In this document: in pieces, positions 49,375 through 62,510 of the stretch
Layout of the letters: each line of letters opens with the position of its first letter
Position numbering within the stretch: position 1 is the stretch's first letter
Assembly: GCF_036971445.1 (NCBI RefSeq)
Contig: NC_091476.1
Location: 72,850,001 to 72,914,000 of the forward strand
DNA: 64,000 bases
DNA from: Narcine bancroftii
Lineage: Eukaryota
Direction of reading: 5' to 3'
Made by a program: the position numbers and the translations under genes
Notes under the pieces: model-generated
What the model saw: only the letters and a program-made list of their open reading frames with translations
Database searches by the model: none
What the model was told of the DNA's origin: nothing

Positions 49375-49733
49375 CAGTGGTTCTCAACTTTTCTTCTTTC
49401 CACTCACACACCACTTTAAGTATTCCCTATGCCATAGGTGCTCTGGGGTTTTTTAAGGTGATCTGTGGGTGGAAAGAAAATGTTTGAAAACCCGTTTTAA
49501 TCACTCTTCCTTGACTCATCATGTGCACCATTTCAGAGCTCCCAAAGGACTTGGGCCAAAGACCATTGTTCTCAAGCAAAATATTTCCGTGTCATTCGGG
49601 TCTAGAGCAGTGGTTCTCACCCTTCCCTTCCCACTCACATCCAACCCTAAGCAATTCCTTACTAATCACACTGATGGCAGAGGGATTTCTTAAAGTGGGA
49701 TGTGAGTAGAAAGAAAAAGGTTGAGAACCTCTG
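49375..49733. mobile_element. hAT/Charlie-like MITE(s)
   Basis: CAGTGGTTCTCA termini at 49375 and ~49608 and the inverted TGAGAACCTCTG at the right end; related ends at ~4555-4571 and ~58770. No clean 8-bp TSD. Confidence 0.55.
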
Positions 49734-52700
49734 ATTTAAATAGCTGCTTTGGGTAAGATAGATGGGGGATTTGGGACAAGGGGAGATATATCACCTCTGT
49801 TTCAGAGCAATTTAATCCCCTTCTCTCAAGATAATAAATTTTTGATAATGTGGTATGATAAAGGAATCAAGGTGATAGAAGACCGTTATAATTAAAGTCA
49901 ACTAATGTCTTTCATTCAACTGAGGGATAAATATGGAATATCCATATAACCAAATATCCATATAACCATATAACAATTATAGTACGGAAACAGGCCATCT
50001 CGGGCCCTCTAGACTGCACTGATTTAAGTGAACTCCACTAGTCCCACCTACCTGCTCCCTACTCATATCCCTCCAATCCCCTCACATCCATGCTCTCATA
50101 TAACCATATAACCATTTACGGAGCGGAAACAGGCCATGTTGGCCTTTCGAGTCTGCACCAGTTCACTGATTTTGTGCGCCCTCTTCATCCAGCCTTCTCT
50201 TAAATAAAGCAGTTTTTAAGGGACAAATTGAGATCTGCTGCCTTGTACAGATGTGTAAACTATGGAAATTTACCCCTGCAATGTACTTGTTATTATAGAG
50301 AGGAACGTTTACACAAATCTAAATGGGAACAGGATCTTGATATTACAATTGAGCGACTATGGAGGGATCTGTGTAGAGACTGCATGTCCAACACAATTAA
50401 TGTGCAGTATAGATTGGTACAGAATAATTTTCCACATCAATTGTACATCACACCGAACTTCAAATACTGCGAATTCATTCTAAAATCGTGACATCTACTC
50501 AATCTCGACGCCCCCCCAACCCATCTGGACAAGCATGGGTAGGAATAAAAGCCATTTTTATTTTACCATTGTGGCTGGCGGGACAGATCCTTTCCTTCCT
50601 CCTTCGGTCGGAGGGATCTGCTGCCTCGTGCCCCTCGTTGTGTGTTGCTGTTCACGAACTGTGTCTTTGTTCCCTGTGTATATTCAAACATTCTCAGGTA
50701 GTGTCAATGGAAACCATTGTGTGACATCACTCACTAATATTCCAGGTCCCCTTGACTAGAACTACACTGGTGAACCGGGCTTCAGACCCAAGTTGAAATT
50801 GCTTCAGAATGTCCCCTTCACCTCAAGGATTGAGCACGATGGCACTGTCTCCTGAAGGTGTGAAACTCCAGCAACTTCATTTATATAGCACTTCTGGCAA
50901 GAGCATCTGTTGCCAACCCAGCTTCACTCCTCAAGGTCATCAGGTTCTGCCGAGACCACACCTGGGAATCTCAGAATTACTCAGTAAACCCAAAGACCCG
51001 GGCCCCACCGAGCAATTGGATCCTGGATTTCCTCACCTCAAGACCCCAGGGATGAGCTATCAATAACCCAAAAGACTGGAGTAACAGAACTATAGGTTTT
51101 TATTTACAATAGACTTGAAGGTCATCCTGTGCTGTGACCCAGGCTTTCTGGAGGGTCAAGAGGGAGGAGCCATGGGTTGGGCGGAACTGAGTACACACAC
51201 CCACTCAGTGTAGATTGGCAAGAACATAAAACAATTACAGCACGAAAACAGGCCATCTCGGCCCCTCTAGTCTGTGCCAAACCATTTTTTCTTGCCTTGT
51301 TCCACTGACCTGCACTCAGTCCGTAGCCCTCCATAACCCTCCCATCCACATACCTGTCCAAATCTCCTTTTAAATGTTAGAATCGAGCCTGCCTTCACCA
51401 CTTCAGCTTGCAGCTCGTTCCACAATCCCACCGCTCTCTGTGTGTTCCTCCTAAACTTTTCCCATTTCCCCCTTAACCCTTGTCCTCTGCTTTGTATTTC
51501 ACCCACCCTCAGTGGAAAAAGCCTGTCTACATTTACTCTGTCTATACCCCTCATAATTTTAAACACCTCAATCAAATCTCCCCTCATTCTTCTGCGCTCC
51601 AGGGAATAAAGTCCCAACCAGTTTAACCTTTCCCTGTAACTCAGTCCGGGCAACATCCTAGTAAATCTCTGCACTCTTCCATCCTATTGATAATTTTCCT
51701 GTAGCTTGGTGACCAAAACTGTACATAATACTCCAAATTTGGCCTAACCAATGTCTTCTACAACTTCACCATAACATCCCAACTCCTGTACTCAGTACTT
51801 TGATTTATGAAGGCCAATGTGCCAACAGCTCTCTCTGAGACCTCTTTCTGGGAACATCTCCACAATCTCCATCAGCACCGGAGTACCACAGGGATACATT
51901 CTTAGCCTCCTGTTCTACGTACTTAGCACTTGGCTAAATACAACAACACCATCTACAAGTTTGTTGACGATACAGTAGTAGACTGTATAAAAGGGGGCGG
52001 TGAGTCAGCATACAGGAGGGAGACTGAAAACTTGGCTGTCAGATGTATTAACAACAACCTCTCAGTCAATTTCACCAAGACCAAAGAGCTGATTGCAGAG
52101 TTTAGTAAAGGAGAACCAGAGGTATATGATCCAGTGATCAGTGGAGAGGTTGAGCAACTTCAAATCTCTGGGAGGACCTTTCCTGGACTCATAAATGTCA
52201 TAGTGCAGAAAGCACATCAGCGCCTCTACATCCTCTGGAGTTTTCAGGGGTTCGATATGACATCAGAAACCTTGGCAAATTTCCACAGAGGTGTGGTGGC
52301 AAGTGTGCTGGCTGGCTGCGGGGGCACCACTGTTTCTGAGTAGAAAGCCCTGCAAAAGATCGCGTGCGCAGCCCATGACATCGCAGGTGAAACCCTCCCC
52401 CGCTGTCGAGAACATGTACAGGGAACGCTGCCATCGGAGGGCAGCAGCGATCATCAAAGATCCACACACCACCCAGCACACACTCTGTTCTCGCTGCTGC
52501 CATCGGGAAAGAGATGTAGGTGCCACCAGGCTCGGGAACAGTGGCTACCCCTCCACCATCAGACTCCTCAATGCCAAACTCAATCAGGGACTCATTTAAG
52601 GACTCTGTACATTATTTATTACTGAATATTCTTCTGCATATTCAACAGTCAGTTTGTTTACAATTTTTTGATCACATTTCTCTCATATTTTTTTTCTTGA

Positions 52701-54344
52701 GTACAGTGTTCGGTGGTCGATAAGTAAACATTCTTCCCCACATGCAGGAGAAAGAATCTTGGTTGTACGTGATGTCATGTATGGAGTCTGATAATGAATG
52801 CGAACTTTGGGAATGATTCTGCAATTCTTTCAGACATTATTGTCATGCAATAAAACAAATGTAATTATGATACAAAATTGCTCAGTCAGCTGAGCTTGCA
52901 CAGCACAATGGGCCGAATAGACTCCATTAGGATAAAATTGTAAAAGACATTGGTGAGGGCAAATTTTGAGGATTGTGTGCCGTTTTGGTCAACTAACTAC
53001 AAGAAAGATATCAATAAGATAGAGGGCAGAGAAGATTTATTAGGATGTTGCCCGGACTTCAGGGACTGAGTTACAGGGAAAAGTTAAACAGGTTAGGACT
53101 TTATTCCTTGGAGTGTAGAAGAATGAGGGGAGATTTACTTGGTTCACTTGGTTTACAAAATTATGAGGGGTATCGATAGAGTAAGAGCAAGTCAACTTTT
53201 TCCACTGAGGGTGAGTGAGATGCAAACTGGAGGACATGGGTTAAGGGTGAAAGGGGATAAAGGGGGAATGTTAGGTGGAATTTCTTCACACAGAGAGTAG
53301 TGGGAGTGCTTAGCCCACTGCTTTACTCACTCTATACCCATTACTGTGTGATGAGGCACAATTCCAATGCTATTTACAAATTTGTTGATGACACCAAGCT
53401 GGTCGGCAGAATCACAGACGGCAATGGGGAAGCGTACAGGAGGGAGATATGATCAGCTCGTCGACTGGTGACACAAGAAAAATCTTTCACTCAATGTTAG
53501 CAAAACCAAGGAGATGATTGTGGACTTCAGGAGGAAGTGAGGGCTCCATCGTGAGGTCAAGAACTTCGAATTCCTGGGTGACAACATCTCCGAGGATCTG
53601 TCCTGGAGCCTCCACGTCGATGCAATCACAAAGAAGGCTTGTCAGCAGCCATACTTTGTGAGGGGTCAGCGGAGGTTCTGATCATCACCGAAAACTCTCA
53701 TAAACTTCTGCAGGTGAACTGTGTTCTGGCTGGTTGCATCACTGCCTGGTACGGAGGTGCCAACTCTCAGGACAAGACTAAACTCAGAGGGTTGCTAACT
53801 TGGCCTGTGACGTCCAGCAGCTCCAGCGTGTGATTCTGATGAACATGCTGTAAACAGGCGCATTAGTCCGGTAAGGCGGAGGGAGGAAGTGGTATGGCAC
53901 CCGCCATCCAGCCTGGTCAGCGCACCCCATCCCAGTCATCACCCCCCCCCCCCCCCGCATCCAGCTGGCACTGGTTCTGCTCCTTCCACCCCGCACACAG
54001 CATCTTTCGGCTGTGTACCACAGAGCCAGTGCCGCCAGGGCGAGGAGCAGCTGCTTCCCACGGGCAGTGAGAACGCTGAACGGCTGAGACTCTCATATTT
54101 ATTTTAACAGATGAAATACTTGTCCTGCATATGTATTGTTTGTCTGTATGTGGGTTACGTCTGGGTGTGTGTCTGCCTGTTTTGCACCGAAGACTGGAGA
54201 ACGCGGTTTTGTTCTACTGATACAATCAGATGGCTCAAGCCTGAAATGTCGGTGATGTATTTTTACCTTTGCTACATAAAGGAAATTGTTTTTCCTGCTC
54301 AATTTCTCCACCATGTGTTTTAACTTTAAAACAATGAACTTGAC

Positions 54345-54773
54345 TGGACTGTGATTGACAACCATGAACGCCCCGCCCCTCACGACTGGTGATTGACAGG
54401 ACCGCGACTCCGCCTTCTGTTGCCCTGGACCGGTCCCTAGGAGCCCCTCCCCGCCCCCCCCCCCATTGATGGATCGGACCCCGCCCCGTATCCGCTTTGA
54501 CTGACAGCTCGACCCCCCCACCCCCGTCGTCTGTGCCGGCCGCGGCTGTCGGCGATGCTGGAGGAAGCCGGCCGCGGTGAGGAAAAGAGAACGGGCAACA
54601 GCAACCCTCGGGGCGGGCTGGTACCGGACGATCCCCCGCCGTTTCCACCGCCAGCTCCTTCTCCCCTCCCCGTGGCCGAGAGAGAGACAGCGACCCCGAT
54701 TTGAACGCTGACACCGGCCAAGGCACGCCTTCAGCGGGCAGTGGAGCGGAGGAAAGGACGAGGATCCAGAGCT
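54345..54773 (+). promoter_or_regulatory. CpG-island promoter and probable non-coding exon 1 of UBXN1
   Basis: TGATTGACA (54352), TGATTGACAG (54390), TGACTGACAG (~54498), GC boxes (54371, ~54449, ~54479), and a donor GCT|GTGAGT at 54773/54774. Confidence 0.6.
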
Positions 54774-55214
54774 GTGAGTAGGCCCGAGTTGGTGGGTTTG
54801 CAGAGCTGATGGGGGGGGGGGGGGGGGGGAAGAGAGAGAGAGAGCGCCAAGACCTGGAGTAAAGTTGTGCATCAACAAAGATGCAAAAAGTGTAATTATC
54901 TTTGTTTTAATTGCCAAAACACTTAAAATTTGCAGATGATACAAAGAAAGGTGGTAGGGCAGGTAGTGATAATGAAATAGGGAGGCTGCAGAGGAGACTT
55001 GGATAGATTAGGGGTAAAAACACAGCAGGTCAAACGGTCTTCTTTAAATAGTAAAGATGTTTCGGGCTGCAGTCCTTCATCGAGGTTCGTAAAAACATTG
55101 GCAGGCATCCGAACAAAAAGAGTAGAAGGGGAAAGGGAGGGTGGTCGCAAAGGCAGGAGAGGTGGCGAAGGGAGGGAAGGGACAGTAGCGATCAAGGGGA
55201 GGAGGGATGGTTGG

Positions 55215-55725
55215 GTGAATAGAGAGGGGAGATTGGGGAGTAGAGAGGGGAGGTTGGGGGAGTAGAGAGGGGAGGTTGGGGGAGTAGAGAGGGGAGGTTG
55301 GGGGAGTAGAGAGGGGAGGTTGGGGGAGTAGAGAGGGGAGGTTGGGGAGTAGAGAGGGGAGGTTGGGGGAGTAGAGAGGGGAGGTTGAGGGGGAGGGAGG
55401 GTAGAGGGGGAGGGAGGGTAGAGGGGGAGGGAGGGTAGAGGGGGAGGGAGGGTAGAGGGGGAGGGAGGGTAGAGGGGGAGGGAGGGTAGAGGGGGAGGGA
55501 GGGTAGAGGGGGAGGGAGGGTAGAGGGGAGGGAGGGTAGAGGGGAGGGAGGGTAGAGGGGAGGGAGGGTAGAGGGGAGGGAGGGTAGAGGGGAGGGAGGG
55601 GGAGGGAGGGTAGAGGGGGAGGGAGGGTAGAGGGGAGGGGGGGAGGGAGGGTAGAGGGGAGGGGAGGAGGGTGGGTAGAGGGGAGGGGGAGGGAGGGTTA
55701 GGTGAATAGAGAGGGGAGGAGGGAT
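55215..55725. repeat. Purine/G-rich compound minisatellite inside a minus-strand Penelope-like fragment (~55020-56090)
   Basis: (gggggagtagagaggggaggtt)n followed by (gggggagggagggtaga)n. Confidence 0.9.
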
Positions 55726-57927
55726 AGGAAAGCTGGGAAGCCACGTTAATGCCATCCTGCTTGAAGAGTGGCCAGACAGAAAAATCAGGTGTTACCCCTC
55801 CGATTTGCGGGTGGTCTTTGGTGAATATGGGAGGGTGACACAGAACCGAAGTGGTTGGCTACAGGGACTGGTGCGGATGGAGAAATTGAGAGAAGGGGAT
55901 AGAATCCTTGTAGGGGGGACAGGATGATGCAGTCAAAGTAGTTGTGGGAGTTGGTGGGCTTGTTCCTTATTTCCCGAAATGGTGAGATCCAGGAAGGGGA
56001 GAGTATTGTTGGAGATTAATTTGAGATCGGCGTGGAAGTTGGCCGCGGAGTGGAGGAAGTTGGCAAGCTCATCGCAGGTACATGAGGCAGACCGATGGAA
56101 AAGGAGAACAGGCAAAGAGGTGGCGAATTAAATACAATGTTTGAAAGTGTATGGTCATGCACTTTGGCAGCAGAAATAAAAGGTCAGACTATCACTTGGA
56201 TGAGCAAAAAATTCAGAAGCGCAAAGGAGTCTTTGTTCAGGATACAAAGATAAGCGTTAAGAGTTAGCTGGAATGGCAGATGGAGTTCAATCTGGATAGG
56301 TGCGGTGATGCATTTTGGAAGGTCAAACCAGAAGGTTGAGTACAGGGTTAAGGGTCAGATACTTAACAGTGTGGAGCCACAGAGAGACCTTGGGGTCCAA
56401 ATCCATACATCTCTCAAGGTTCCCATGCAGGTTGATGGGATTGTTAAGGCGGCCGATGGGATGCTGGGCTTCATTGGTCAGAGGAAATTGAGTTGAAGAG
56501 TCGCAAGGTCACATTGTATAATGTTTTGTTCTGGTCACCTTATAGGAAGTACGTGGAAACTATGGATTCACCAGGATGTTGCCTGGATTGGAAAATAAGG
56601 CAATGTTAGCAGAGCTGGGACTTTCCTCATCGCAGCAAAGAAGGATGAGACTTAGCAGAATTTCTGAGAGGCATAGATAAGGTGGACAGCCAGCACTTTT
56701 TTTTTCCTAGGGTGGGAATGGCAACCATTAAAGGACAATGGGACAAAGTGAAGGGATGTAAGTTTAGGAGAGATATTGAGATCAGTTTTTTTTAATACTG
56801 AGAGTTGGGGGAGGCCTGGACTGCATTGGTGGTGTAGGCTGGGACAATAAGGGCACTTAAGAGACCCTTAGGCAGGCACATGGAACAGAAAGAAAAAGAA
56901 GAGAAGTTTAGTATTTTTGATAGGAATATGTAAGTTGGCACAACATCGAGGACCTGTAATGCTCTATGCTCTAATATTCTGTGATGCCCAAAAGGTTAAC
57001 GGTGGTGAAGAAGGCGATTGGAGTGTTGGCATTCATATCTAGGGGACAAGAGCAGGGACGTGACTGGTGAGCTTTGCATGAGTTCCAGGTGCACTTTGGG
57101 GCTCCACGTTTAAGAAAAGACATTGGGGAGGGTTCAGAGAGATTGTCAAGAATGATTCCTGAAATGAAGGGTTTAACACGTGTCACCAAAATAACCTCCA
57201 ACACCGTATGTTGTGGGAGGAAACCCACGGGGAGAATGTACAAATTCCTTTCGGAGAGGGATGTAATTGGGCGGCACTGGTCTTAGTGGCTGGGATCGGC
57301 TTCTTCTGTGATGTAAATTAAAAAAAAACTAAATAGATGAATAATAGATTACAATTTTTAAAATGGAAAAATTTTAAATGACAATATATACCGATACCTT
57401 TTTTTGGGTGAAAAAAAAATCAGGTGTTTTCCTATCACCCATGTGAAAGTCAACACCTCTCCCTCTTATTTTTGGCCCTGTCCACCCACCCATCCGAGCT
57501 CTTAAATGTGGATCCTCGCTCTGGCCATGCAAACTCCTCATGCCATGGCCGCTCGCCCATCCGAGCTCTAGACTGCGGATCCTCTCCCTGGCCATCCAAT
57601 GTCCTGACACCCCAGCCGCCCACCCACCTGAGCTCTTGACCGGGGTACCTTGCTCCGGCCATCCAAACTCACGACACCCCGGCCACTCACCCATCGAAGT
57701 TCACCCGCCCATCCAAGCTCCTGACGCCTTGGAATGACGCAGGTACTTACCATGGTTAAAAGTATGACCCGAGTAAAAGACTACCCACCCCCTCCCCCCA
57801 CAAATTTGACCCGAAAAGGTGGGATTGAGCAAGTATACTCTCTCTGGGCGTCATCCATTTGTAAGATCGTGATCCAGATAGTTGCTTTTTACTTTACAGA
57901 ATATTTTCTTCATCCAAACCTGAGCAG

Positions 57928-57986
57928 ATGGCTGAAATGACAGCGTTGGAATCCATGATGGAGATGGGATTCTCCCGGAATAGAGC
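57928..57986 (+). CDS. UBXN1: UBX domain protein 1, coding exon 1 (MAEMTALESMMEMGFSRNRA)
   Basis: Matches the UBA start of human UBXN1 ([20 protein letters not shown]); acceptor tttacag| at 57899, donor GC|GTGAGT. Confidence 0.9.
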
Positions 57987-59562
57987 GTGAGTGTTGATTA
58001 GAAAAGTGTGTTTCCAGCTGGCGAAATGCCTGTTCCGTGCGGAGTCACTTTGTCTCAGTTCCTTCTCCTGGTGTCTCTTGGTGTCTACCCAGCTGCATCA
58101 CCCGGGGAGTTTGGTCGGTTGGCTCAGGGTGGGGGGAGGATAGGCAGTGTCTGATTACATGTGAGCACAGCCAGACAAGAGTGGTGCCCAAATCCCAGGC
58201 AGCTGGTAGGAATGTGAAGCACCCAGGGAGCAAATGGTCAGGTTGGAGCTCAAACCGTGCTGAGTATGACCTGCTGGTGTTGAAGAAAGTTCAGAGAAGA
58301 TTAACGAGAATTATACCAGGAACGAAAGGGTTAGTATATCCTCTTGGACTGTACTCGTTGGGAGTACAGAAGGATGAGGAGAGACCCCATAGAGGCATTT
58401 CAAATGCTGAAAGGGCTGCACAGAGTAGATGGGGCAGGGATGTTTCCCATGGTCGGGGAATCTAGGACAAGAGGCTAAAAGGGCGTCAGTTTAAAACAGA
58501 TGCGAAACATTAGCCAAAGGATCAAGAGTCCGTGGAACTTATTGCCACGGGTGGCTATGGAAGTGAGGTCGTTGGGTGTATTTAAGACAGAGACTGACAG
58601 GTATTTGATTAGTCAGGGCATCAAGGATCACAGGGAGGGGCTGAGAGGGTGGATGGATCAGCTCATGATTAGAATGGTGGAGCAGACTCGATGGGCCTAC
58701 GTCTGCTCCTATATCTTGTGATCTTGAACGTGCTGAAGAAAAACAGCAAGGACTTTCAGTGTCTATATCAATGGTTCTCAACCTCCTCCACCCCCCCTAC
58801 ATACCACCTGAAGTAATCCCTTACTAACCATCGAGCACCAAATGTCCTACCAGTAATAAAGGGATATAAGATCATGAATAGGGTGGTCCTTTTTCACCTG
58901 GGATGACAATAGCAAATACCAAAGGAGATCGGTTTAAGGTGAGGGGAGGAAAGTTTAGCGGAGATATCAGAGGTAAGTTTTTAACTCAGAGTGGTGGGTG
59001 CCTGGAATGCATTGCCAGGGAGAATGGTGGAGTCTGATACAATGGGGACGTTTAAAAGACTTGGACAGGCACGTAAGAAAAATAGATGGTTGTAGATGTG
59101 ACGTCAGGAAAGTTTAATTTGTTGCACAAAAATATATAACCAATGTTTTGGGTCAGCAAAAAAACAGGAAGGAGTCTGAATAAATAATAGGGGTGGCACA
59201 GTTGGCGTACCAATTAGTGCAACAACTTTATGGTGGCAGCGATCGGGCCTGGGGTTCAAATCCCGCACTCTCTGTAAGGAGTTTTGCATGGTTTCCTCCC
59301 ACCATTCAAAGTGTACAGGGAGTGTACAGAGAGTGTAGATTAATAGGGTGTAAATTGTAAATTGGGCAGCATGGACTCATAGGCCGAAATGGCCCATTAC
59401 CATGCTGTATGTCTAAAAAAAAGTTAGGGGGAGAGAAGGGGCAGGGAGGGGAACAGCATCGTGGGCTGATGGATCTGTACTGTGCTGTTTATCAGTGGCA
59501 GACATGGGGGCAGGTTAAAATATTTTAAATGCGTTGCTGTCATTTTTTTCTTTTGTTTCCAG

Positions 59563-59616
59563 AGAGAAGGCCTTGGCACTGTCGGGGAATGAAGGGATCG
59601 AGAAAGCTATGGACTG
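59563..59616 (+). CDS. UBXN1: UBXN1 coding exon 2 (EKALALSGNEGIEKAMDW)
   Basis: Matches EKALALTGNQGIEAAMDW; canonical AG/GT, phases consistent. Confidence 0.92.
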
Positions 59617-59959
59617 GTATGGGAAGTGTCAACGCCTCTCCATCGGGGGGGAGGGGTGTTGCATTCGAAGCCCAGTCCCAGCAAAGCATAGCAAAAGCTG
59701 CGAAGGAGCCCCTAGCTTTGTGGTTCTCACATGTGAGGCAGGACCTCCCTTAAATTTACTTCCAACAGCACCCACCACCTCTACTTTCCCATGAGTAAAC
59801 TGGGAGGGGGTTCAATGTGGATGTAAATCTGAAGGCCCAGGCTAGAATGGATGGGGAGGATTGCAGTGGTTATCTAAGAAAATTGTTCTTCATTCCTTCA
59901 CCACCATTCATCAAGATTGTGAACCTGCACCATCTTTGTACCCATTAATTTCCTTAATA

Positions 59960-60509
59960 CAGTATTTCTGGCACCCACGGGGATCACAGATGCCGGATAT
60001 GCAAATTTTCCGGTTGCCTGAAGCTCCCTCTTAAAATTGAAAAAGATCAGTATGTAGCCTTTAATTATGTAAAGTTCTCTTAAATCAGGTAAATTTCTGT
60101 ACATTTAAATTCGAACCCCAGTCACTGGATCTGTAACAGCATGGCGCTAACCGTGCCGCCATCAAAATTAACCTGCCCTCCCCCAAGTTTACAGATGAAG
60201 CCTTACTAATATACATTAATACTTATCAAGATAAAGACTCTTACTAGGCAGGGATAGGCACACTTTGGGGGAGTCGCCCAATGGGGAGTGGCATCGGTCG
60301 GCTCTTCATCCTGGGCGCCGCCATTTTATTCAAAGAGCTGCTGCGGGTGGGGCATGACCGGGGGCGCTCCGTTGGCTGAATGTGTTGTTTTGGAGAACGT
60401 TTACAATTTAAAACTTTAATTTATTTCAAAATAGATATTTTTTCCCTTTTTTTTTGCTGGTTGTTTGGGCTTCCACTTGATTAAATTTGAGATAAAGGGG
60501 ATTCTACTG
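59960..60509. mobile_element. Tc1/mariner-type MITE
   Basis: TA|CAGTA...ggggattcTACTG|TA termini; internal similarity to 62511-63382. Confidence 0.6.
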
Positions 60510-60984
60510 TATCTGGAATTCTCTGATCGCTTTTTGAATGAACTGGGGCTGAGTCTCGGGGTAGAGGTTTTCAGAGATTTGTGCTACCTACTGGTTTAAG
60601 GTATCCGGTTCCTGAACAGCCAGTCTCATTCACATTCTCCCACCGTCTCCCTGATGAGAGAAGAGAGTGTGCCCAGGGTCTTTCAGCATGATGGTTGCCT
60701 TACCTGGGCAGCAGGATGGAGTATGTGGAGGGGGGAGGAACTTTTTGTTATGTTCTCACATTAAGTTGAGCAGTTGGTTGAGCTATTGTCTCATGCCTCC
60801 AGAGACATGGGTTCAATCCCGACCTCTGGTGCTCTCTGTGGACTTTGCATGTTCTCCCTGTGACCCTGTGGGTTACCCCTGGGTGCTCTGGTATTATAAA
60901 TTGTCTCTATAAATTCATCCCTAGTAGACAGGTGAATCTAGGGAGAAATTATGCCAATGTGAGAGGATCAATTTTATCAAACAA

Positions 60985-61470
60985 GAAAGTCTGCAGACGC
61001 TTTTGTGCTGGAGAAACTCAGCAGGTCCCCCAGCATCCATGTTTTGGCCCTGAGTCCTTCATCAAGTTATGAGCAAAAAGCAGGAAGGAGTCTGAATAAA
61101 AAGGTTGGGGGAGGAGGGGGCAGATGGAGGAGCAATAGGCCAACTGCCTTGAGGACGTGGGTAGGAGAGGAGCTGAGAATTGATTGGGGCAGGGGGTGGC
61201 TTTGTGAATGCCGAGCTGCTGGAAAAGAGACGGAGGAAGGAGAGACAAGGGGAGGGGAGCAGGAGGAAAGGAGATATTGGGATAGGGAATGAAGGGGGGG
61301 TGGGGTATTGACAGGAACCAGAGAAGCTGATGTTAATGCCGTCTGGTTGGAGAGTGCCCTGACGGTCGATGAGGCGTTGTTCCTCCAATTTGCAGGTGGT
61401 TTCGGTCTGGCAGGCATGAGACATAATGGCAAGGGAATGGGGTGGAGAGTTGAAATGGGTGGCCACTAGG
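60985..61470 (-). mobile_element. Penelope-like 3' fragment
   Basis: DLLVATHFNS...TCKLEEQRLIDRQGTLQPDGINISF. Confidence 0.7.
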
Positions 61471-61765
61471 AGATCCACGCCTTGATCAATATAGGATTGG
61501 ATTGATTCAGGGGTCAACGGTTAATATGGATTTGCCAAGCCTTTTTCTCCCTGCTGTCTCGCCTCTGCATTGGACTTCTCTATTCCCCAAAAGGTTCTCA
61601 ATCATCTCGTCTTCCTGCCCTCCCCTCCCCCTGCCAGCCGAGGGGTCAGGGAACCCAAGAATGATTAGTGCATGATCTGGTGTCCAGTGGGCCAACAAGC
61701 ACCTGACAGAACAAGGCACCAGCTGCCAGTGCTGTGCACCAACACACCCTGTTTACCGTTCTAAG

Positions 61766-61881
61766 GTTGATGGAGCACGAGGACGATCCCAACCTGGACG
61801 AACCTTACATCCCGCCGCAGGGCAATGCCCTGGGCATGGCAGAGAAGACGGGAACCGGGGAAGCAGAGCTGAATTTCGAAG
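61766..61881 (+). CDS. UBXN1: UBXN1 coding exon 3 (LMEHEDDPNLDEPYIPPQGNALG...); the gene continues beyond the window
   Basis: Matches LMEHEDDPDVDEP; acceptor ttctaag| and donor G|GTGAGT at 61881/61882. Confidence 0.9.
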
Positions 61882-62019
61882 GTGAGTGCGAATGCTTCTT
61901 GTGGAGGCACCTTGTGCCTGCGCTTTGGAAGAGCCCTCTGATTTATCCCGGTGTGCCACATCTGTGCCCACATTTCTCCCCCCCCCCCCCCCCCCCCACC
62001 ACAGTTTGGGGCCCCAAAC

Positions 62020-62510
62020 AGGCTTTCCAAATGAAACAGCACTTCACTTGTGTATCTGCTCCCTTTGTGGCCTTCCCTACATCAGAGAGACTGGGCGCAG
62101 ACCGGGATATCACTTCGCTGAGAATCTTCGCTCTGTCCGCATCAGTGGCAGGCACCTCCCAGTGGCTAACCATTTCAATTCCGTTCCCCATATTGTCTGT
62201 CTGCGGCCTCGTGTTGTCTGTCTGCGGCCTCGTGGACTCTCCCAACAAAACCACCTGTAAATTGGAGGAACAACACTTGATTCTTCTCTTTCCTCTCATC
62301 TCTCCAACCCCATTCACAGAGCCATCCCTCTTCCCCCTGCTTACTGCTGTGTCCTCCCTCCCTTATCCACCTATTATCTCCTGCCTTTTGGGACTGTGCT
62401 TCTACCCCTCCCCCCCCCCCAACCATTTTGTTTGGGCACCTGCCGACATCATCCCTTGATGAAGAGGCTCAACCCTGGATCGTTGGTTATGCATCTTTAT
62501 CTTTGCTACA
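62020..62510 (+). mobile_element. Penelope-like 3' fragment, tail interrupted by a MITE
   Basis: GIY-YIG-like YIRETGRRPGYHFAENLRSV...LPVANHFNS and CKLEEQHLI; the tail resumes at ~63385. Confidence 0.7.

Noticed and set aside
50580-50730. Short hairpins (cagatcctt...ggagggatctg; caatgg-aaa-ccattg) as miRNA or snoRNA
   Set aside because: Stems are too short or imperfect and no recognisable family boxes are present; not supportable without Rfam or small-RNA data.
51860-54220. ORFs resembling host proteins in RT-like fragments
   Set aside because: These are frameshifted Rex/Babar-like and CR1-like LINE remnants repeated many times in the window.
54923-55755. Long proline-rich ORFs
   Set aside because: They are translations of the G-rich minisatellite.
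59189-59275. tRNA gene (B-box GGTTCAAATCCC; also ~26531 and ~40282)
   Set aside because: It is the head of a multi-copy V-SINE-like element, and no complete cloverleaf is evident.
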